The notes under the pieces are model-generated. The model saw nothing but the letters and a program-made list of their open reading frames with translations. It was not told the origin of the DNA and searched no databases. From positions 1 through 20,616 of the forward strand of contig JBHLNT010000068.1 in assembly GCA_048941265.1 (NCBI GenBank): a stretch of DNA of 20,616 nt, given 5' to 3'. A program made the translations under genes and the position numbers. Numbering within the stretch: the stretch's first letter is position 1; every line of letters begins with the position of its first letter. Source of the stretch: Promethearchaeota archaeon. GTDB taxonomy: Archaea > Asgardarchaeota > Lokiarchaeia > Sigyniarchaeales > SOKP01. This document shows positions 16,158 through 20,616 of the stretch, piece by piece.

Positions 16158-17624
16158 TTATTCTGCTTTTTCATGAGCCAATCTCTCAAGCTTACTTGGA
16201 GGTGTTTCTTCAAAAGCTATTTGTTTTGGCCAGCGTTTAACGACCTCACCTAAATCAATGCCTTTCTTTTTTAATATCGCTTTTCTAATGAAATATATTA
16301 TGATGCCAATTCCAGCATAGGGAAAAACGATTAACGAAATGATTAAACCTGCATCTGGGTCTGTAAATAATAGTAATACAAATACTGCTGAGGAGATAAC
16401 ACCTAATATACTCATTATTTTAATAGCTCTTATGGAGGGTTTAAATCCGGATTTTTCATGTAATTCAGGAAACTTTGTATGTAGTCGAATTGCTGCTATG
16501 CATAAGGGTATTTGCAGTATGAGTACTACAACTGCAGTAACAGCACTTAATAAGACAGCTGTAGTTGCTATACCAAATTGAGGACCAAATAGAGGTATGA
16601 AGGTTATTAGAAATATAATACCGACAATCAAGAGCAAGATTAAACCAGTGATGGGTGTCCTATATTTTGGATGAATTTCAGCAAATTTTTTAGGAAACAA
16701 TTCGTCTCTTCCTGCCATTAAGAAATCTCTTGAAAAAGCTAAATATAAGGGATGCAGAGTCGAAGCTATTGCTACAGCAATAAGTATGGTTATTATAACT
16801 ACAAAACCTGCTGGGAGGATACCTTCTTGAAGAATTATTTCTGTTACTGTTCCTACAGGTTTATTATAGGGATGAATTCCAGCAACCATTAGTGCTTGTA
16901 GAAAATACAAGATTACGAGGATTGGTATACTCACTAAAAGAGCTCGAGGTATGTTTTTTTGAGGATTTTTTACTTCTCCAGCGACATCTAATATTAAAGT
17001 AAATCCAGTGTAGGAAAAAAAGAATACAAGAGCGGCAAATAACACTGGAGAAACGCCAAGAGGAAAAATTGGGTTAAGATTGTTTGCATTGAAATGAGGA
17101 GCAGCGACTATTAAAAAGATTATCATAACTAAAATATCTCCAAAAATAGTTATAATCATTTCAACTAATCCAGAAATTTCCACATGTAGCATGTTGAGTA
17201 AAAAAAATGTAATTAAAATTATGATGCCAACACCTACTACAAAAAAAAGTCTACTTTCCTCTGGGATCATAAAAATTTCGGCCATAAATAGCGCGAATGT
17301 TGCGGCTAAAAAGGCCAATGCAGCACAAACCGCCAAAATAATCATCCATACAACCATAAAACCGACAAACTTACCCATTAATCTACTACTTACCATGTAT
17401 GAACCTCCTCCAACAGGAATAGCAGATCCTATATAAGCACAGCAATAAGCTACGAAAATTCCAGGAATTACTGCTAATAAATAAGCTATAAAAATAGCAG
17501 GTCCGGTCCTTGATAAATAAGCCGCTGGTGATATCCATATAGATGAACCGATAACCATACCAATGATAATAAAAATTGCCATTGGGAGTGTAAGACCACG
17601 TTTTAATTCTTTATCTTCAGCCAT
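16158..17624 (-). CDS. APC-family amino acid permease
   Basis: LKRGLTL..IIGMVIGSSIW, PVGGGSY, FFSYTGF, AGEVKNPQKNIPRA, FAEIHPKYRTP; ~12 TM segments. Confidence 0.95.
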   Translation of the reverse strand: MAEDKELKRGLTLPMAIFIIIGMVIGSSIWISPAAYLSRTGPAIFIAYLLAVIPGIFVAYCCAYIGSAIPVGGGSYMVSSRLMGKFVGFMVVWMIILAVCAALAFLAATFALFMAEIFMIPEESRLFFVVGVGIIILITFFLLNMLHVEISGLVEMIITIFGDILVMIIFLIVAAPHFNANNLNPIFPLGVSPVLFAALVFFFSYTGFTLILDVAGEVKNPQKNIPRALLVSIPILVILYFLQALMVAGIHPYNKPVGTVTEIILQEGILPAGFVVIITILIAVAIASTLHPLYLAFSRDFLMAGRDELFPKKFAEIHPKYRTPITGLILLLIVGIIFLITFIPLFGPQFGIATTAVLLSAVTAVVVLILQIPLCIAAIRLHTKFPELHEKSGFKPSIRAIKIMSILGVISSAVFVLLLFTDPDAGLIISLIVFPYAGIGIIIYFIRKAILKKKGIDLGEVVKRWPKQIAFEETPPSKLERLAHEKAE

Positions 17625-17767
17625 AAATTCTCATCTTTTTTTCAAATTTTTAAACTTTTGCATTTTTGTTTTTTCAATATCAAAAGGTATTAATTTTAAA
17701 TTTAACCTAATAATTATTTAAATGTTTGAATTTGCAATAATAAACTTATAGATTTGGGTGATAAAGA

Positions 17768-18646
17768 ATGAAAATTGGAACTGAATATGTAAGTACTCCT
17801 TTAAAAGATTATTCTGTTAAAATACACTGGCGGAACACAATGAATTATGCAGCTGCTATCAATGACAATAATCCATATTATTTTGATGATGAGAGGAACC
17901 ATGGTATCGTTGCGCCACCAATGTACGCGGTTGCAATAACGTGGCCTTTAATAGAAAATATTCGTGATTTCATGATTGGAAAAAAATTTTCAAACAGACT
18001 AATAACAACAATGGTTCACTACAGTGAACATCTCGCATTCCATCGGTTAATCAAACCTGGTGATGATTTAACAATAAAAGGAAATATAGTTGCTATTTTA
18101 CCCCATAGATCTGGGACCCATATTATTATCCGGTTGAATGCGTTAGATCAGAATAATATGCTGGTGTTTACAGAACATATCGGAGGTTTGCTTCGAGGTG
18201 TTGAATGTGTTGGAAAGGCAAAGGGAGAAGAAAATCTTCCAATAATACCTCAAGAAAAGGCCAATTCAAATTCCTTATGGAAAGAAAATGTTTATATCGA
18301 TAAGCTCCAAACTTTTATTTATGATGGTTGCACGAACATTTTTTTTCCAATCCATACTTCTAAAAAATTTGCTCATATGGTAGGATTACCTAATATTATT
18401 CTTCAAGGCACAGCTACTCTTGCGTGTGCGGTTAAGGAGATTACGAATAAAGAAGCTAAAAGAAATCCGGAATTTATAAGAGAAATAGCATGCAATTTTA
18501 CTGATATGGTTTTACCAGGAACAGAGATTGAAATTCACTTAAAAACCAGAAGCAAAATAGAAGGAGATTTGAATTTATTTTTTGAAGTTTATAATAATGA
18601 GCAAAAAAAAGCAATTCGAAATGGGTACATAAAAGTTAGAGAATAA
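17768..18646 (+). CDS. Double hotdog-fold MaoC-family dehydratase/hydratase
   Basis: YAAAINDNNPYY..IVAPPMY, MVHYSEHLAFHRLIKPGD; second domain FPIHTSKKFAHMVGLPNIILQG..CNFTDMVLPG; GGTGA RBS. Confidence 0.9.
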   Translation: MKIGTEYVSTPLKDYSVKIHWRNTMNYAAAINDNNPYYFDDERNHGIVAPPMYAVAITWPLIENIRDFMIGKKFSNRLITTMVHYSEHLAFHRLIKPGDDLTIKGNIVAILPHRSGTHIIIRLNALDQNNMLVFTEHIGGLLRGVECVGKAKGEENLPIIPQEKANSNSLWKENVYIDKLQTFIYDGCTNIFFPIHTSKKFAHMVGLPNIILQGTATLACAVKEITNKEAKRNPEFIREIACNFTDMVLPGTEIEIHLKTRSKIEGDLNLFFEVYNNEQKKAIRNGYIKVRE

Positions 18647-18732
18647 AAAAATATTAAATCATGTTATATTTGTCGGAAATTATAAAAATTTAAATTATTT
18701 TTAAATTCCAAATGTAGGTGAGAATAAAAGAA

Positions 18733-20361
18733 ATGGAATTACCAAAACTAAAGCTTTTTTGGAATTATCCAGAATATTGGGCTGAGAAAAAACCCGATTT
18801 TCCCTTAATTAGATTTGGAAATAAGATTATTATTACATCAAAGGAACTAAATGAAAAATCTGACCTACTTGCTATGGCCTTTTTAGAGATGGGAGTAAAA
18901 AAAGGGGATACAATTGTTACTGTTCTTCCGACAATTCCAGAGTATATATTGACGTTCATAGCGGGGAGTAAAATAGGCGCAATAACAATCCCCATGGACA
19001 AGGAGTATAAGAAAGCAGATTTTAAACTATTAATTCCACATTCTAATCCAAAAGTTATAGTTACGATTGATAAATGGCAAAATAACAAAATTGCCGATAA
19101 TTTAAAAGAATTAAGTATTGAATTTGGAGAGATTCAGTATGTCATGGTTGGTAAACATATCTTTGGCACTCCATTTGAAGAATTAATTTCCAAACAATGC
19201 AAACTCTACGAAAAATTGAAAATTGCCAAAGAAAATCAAGATCCCGAGGATTGTACTCTGGTCGTGTGGACAGGGGGTACAACTGGATTTCCTAAAGCGG
19301 TTGAGTTATCTCATAAAAATATTATTGAGATGTGTTATATCGAGTATAATACTTTAATTGATTTTTTCACAACAAAAGGTTTCTTGAAAAAAGATGAGCA
19401 CCCTAAATGGCTGATTAATTTGCCCGTCAGTCATGTAGGAGGGACTGTTGAATTGCTCGGAACGGGCATTATTGGTGGAGCAGAAAATATTATTCAAGCA
19501 TCTTGGTCCCCCTGGGATTCATTAAAAGCGATGCAAGAGTATAATATTAAAGTTTTTGGAGGGGTACCCACTATGTTTAAGATTTACCTATCCTTGCCTG
19601 ATCTAGATACATATGAACCAAAGAAATTTTTAAAGCTTGTTATACTCTCAGGAGAAAAAGTACCATTAAATTTATTAAAAGGGATCAAGGATCGTATCAG
19701 GGATAATATAATAGTTGGGTATGGGAGCACCGAAGCTGGGGCAGAAGTAACTTTTACAGTACCTGGAGATGATTTCGAAAAAATTGCAAAAGGCTATGTA
19801 GGAAAAGCGCTTCCAGGGATGCACATTAAGATAATTAATGAGGAGGGGAAAGAACTTCCTCCTAGAGAAATAGGCGAAGTTCTAGCCAAGGGGCCCTTAA
19901 CAAGCAAATCATATTATAAAATGCCCGAGGAAGATAAAACAGGATTTACAGCCGATGGTTATTGTAAAACGGGAGATTTAGGGTATAGAGATGAGGAGGG
20001 AGGTTTATATATTACTGGACGAATTAAAGAAATCATGAGGGTGGGGGCTTATACTGTACTTCCCGCAGAAATTGAAGAACTTGTAATTTCACACCCAAAA
20101 GTGGCAATTGCCGCCGCAATAGGAGCCCCTGACGAGATACATGGAGAAGTTGTTTGGCTTGTGATAGGACCGGAGTTAGGGCAAAAATTTGATGAAAATG
20201 ATAAAGAAGAAATTATGAAGATTTGCAAAGAGAATTTAGCTAAATTTAAAGTTCCAAAAAAGATAATTGTATATCCTCTTGATCCCAATAATCTTCCAAT
20301 CACGAGAATTGGAAAGGTTGATCGTGTGAGGTTAAAAAAAGAATTACTACCTCCGAAATAA
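18733..20361 (+). CDS. Class I adenylate-forming enzyme (acyl-CoA synthetase / fatty-acid--CoA ligase)
   Basis: WTGGTTGFPKAV, GYGSTEAG, KTGDLG, ITGRIKE, PAEIE, PITRIGKVDR. ATG 18733 follows AGGTGA (track start is GTG 18718). Confidence 0.95.
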   Translation: MELPKLKLFWNYPEYWAEKKPDFPLIRFGNKIIITSKELNEKSDLLAMAFLEMGVKKGDTIVTVLPTIPEYILTFIAGSKIGAITIPMDKEYKKADFKLLIPHSNPKVIVTIDKWQNNKIADNLKELSIEFGEIQYVMVGKHIFGTPFEELISKQCKLYEKLKIAKENQDPEDCTLVVWTGGTTGFPKAVELSHKNIIEMCYIEYNTLIDFFTTKGFLKKDEHPKWLINLPVSHVGGTVELLGTGIIGGAENIIQASWSPWDSLKAMQEYNIKVFGGVPTMFKIYLSLPDLDTYEPKKFLKLVILSGEKVPLNLLKGIKDRIRDNIIVGYGSTEAGAEVTFTVPGDDFEKIAKGYVGKALPGMHIKIINEEGKELPPREIGEVLAKGPLTSKSYYKMPEEDKTGFTADGYCKTGDLGYRDEEGGLYITGRIKEIMRVGAYTVLPAEIEELVISHPKVAIAAAIGAPDEIHGEVVWLVIGPELGQKFDENDKEEIMKICKENLAKFKVPKKIIVYPLDPNNLPITRIGKVDRVRLKKELLPPK

Positions 20362-20395
20362 AGTTAAATCTAAATTTTAATTACCAATTTCAATT

Positions 20396-20616
20396 CTAAT
20401 TTTTTGGCAATTTTTTTTTTATAAGCATAAAAAATTCTGAAAGATCAATATTTCCTCCACTAATAATTACTCCTATTTTTGCATTTTCAGTCAAAGAAGA
20501 AATCTCATCATTATAAAGCAACCCTGCTAAGGAAACTGCGCCTGAAGGTTCTACTACTAATTTCATTCTTTCCCAATAAAATTGCATAGCATCAACGATT
20601 TGCTCTTCAGTAACAG
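20396..20616 (-). CDS. C-terminal part of a PLP-dependent threonine/serine dehydratase (serine racemase-like) protein; 5' end outside the window
   Basis: VTEEQIVDAMQFYWERMKLVVEPSGAVSLAGLL...IGVIISGGNID; the frame is open to the window edge. Confidence 0.92.
   Translation of the reverse strand, partial: VTEEQIVDAMQFYWERMKLVVEPSGAVSLAGLLYNDEISSLTENAKIGVIISGGNIDLSEFFMLIKKKLPKN

Noticed and set aside
16339-20303. Antisense ORFs 16339-16581, 17191-17436, 18765-19088, 20049-20303
   Set aside because: They are shadow ORFs of the permease and acyl-CoA synthetase.
15007-20616. Hydrolase-permease-MaoC-ligase-dehydratase as one novel pathway cluster
   Set aside because: Orientations alternate, and these are common, often multi-copy families; only the MaoC and ligase genes plausibly form an operon.

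Overview
AT-rich archaeal chromosomal segment, most likely from an Asgard archaeon (Lokiarchaeia-like). This is inferred from the archaeal-type ProRS, GGTGA/GGAG ribosome-binding sites, TTTATATA boxes, three longin-like domains and a multi-wHTH regulator. Left to right: 5' part of a secreted GATase/GIFT-like protein gene (-); proS (+); three unrelated cell-surface/membrane genes (-), each preceded by an identical 29-bp element containing a TATA box; a divergent triple winged-helix regulator followed by two paralogous 7TM-longin fusion genes (+); a 58-aa wHTH and two tandem CPxCG zinc-finger microproteins (two of these three are missing from the ORF track); a stand-alone longin-like protein; then an MBL hydrolase, an APC permease, a double-hotdog MaoC protein, an acyl-CoA synthetase and the 3' end of a threonine dehydratase/serine racemase-family gene. 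The best candidate for an undescribed system is 2843-13071: putative 7TM-longin membrane sensors plus a wHTH regulator, facing a block of surface genes that share one exact promoter/operator element. I saw no rRNA, tRNA, CRISPR array or transposase.
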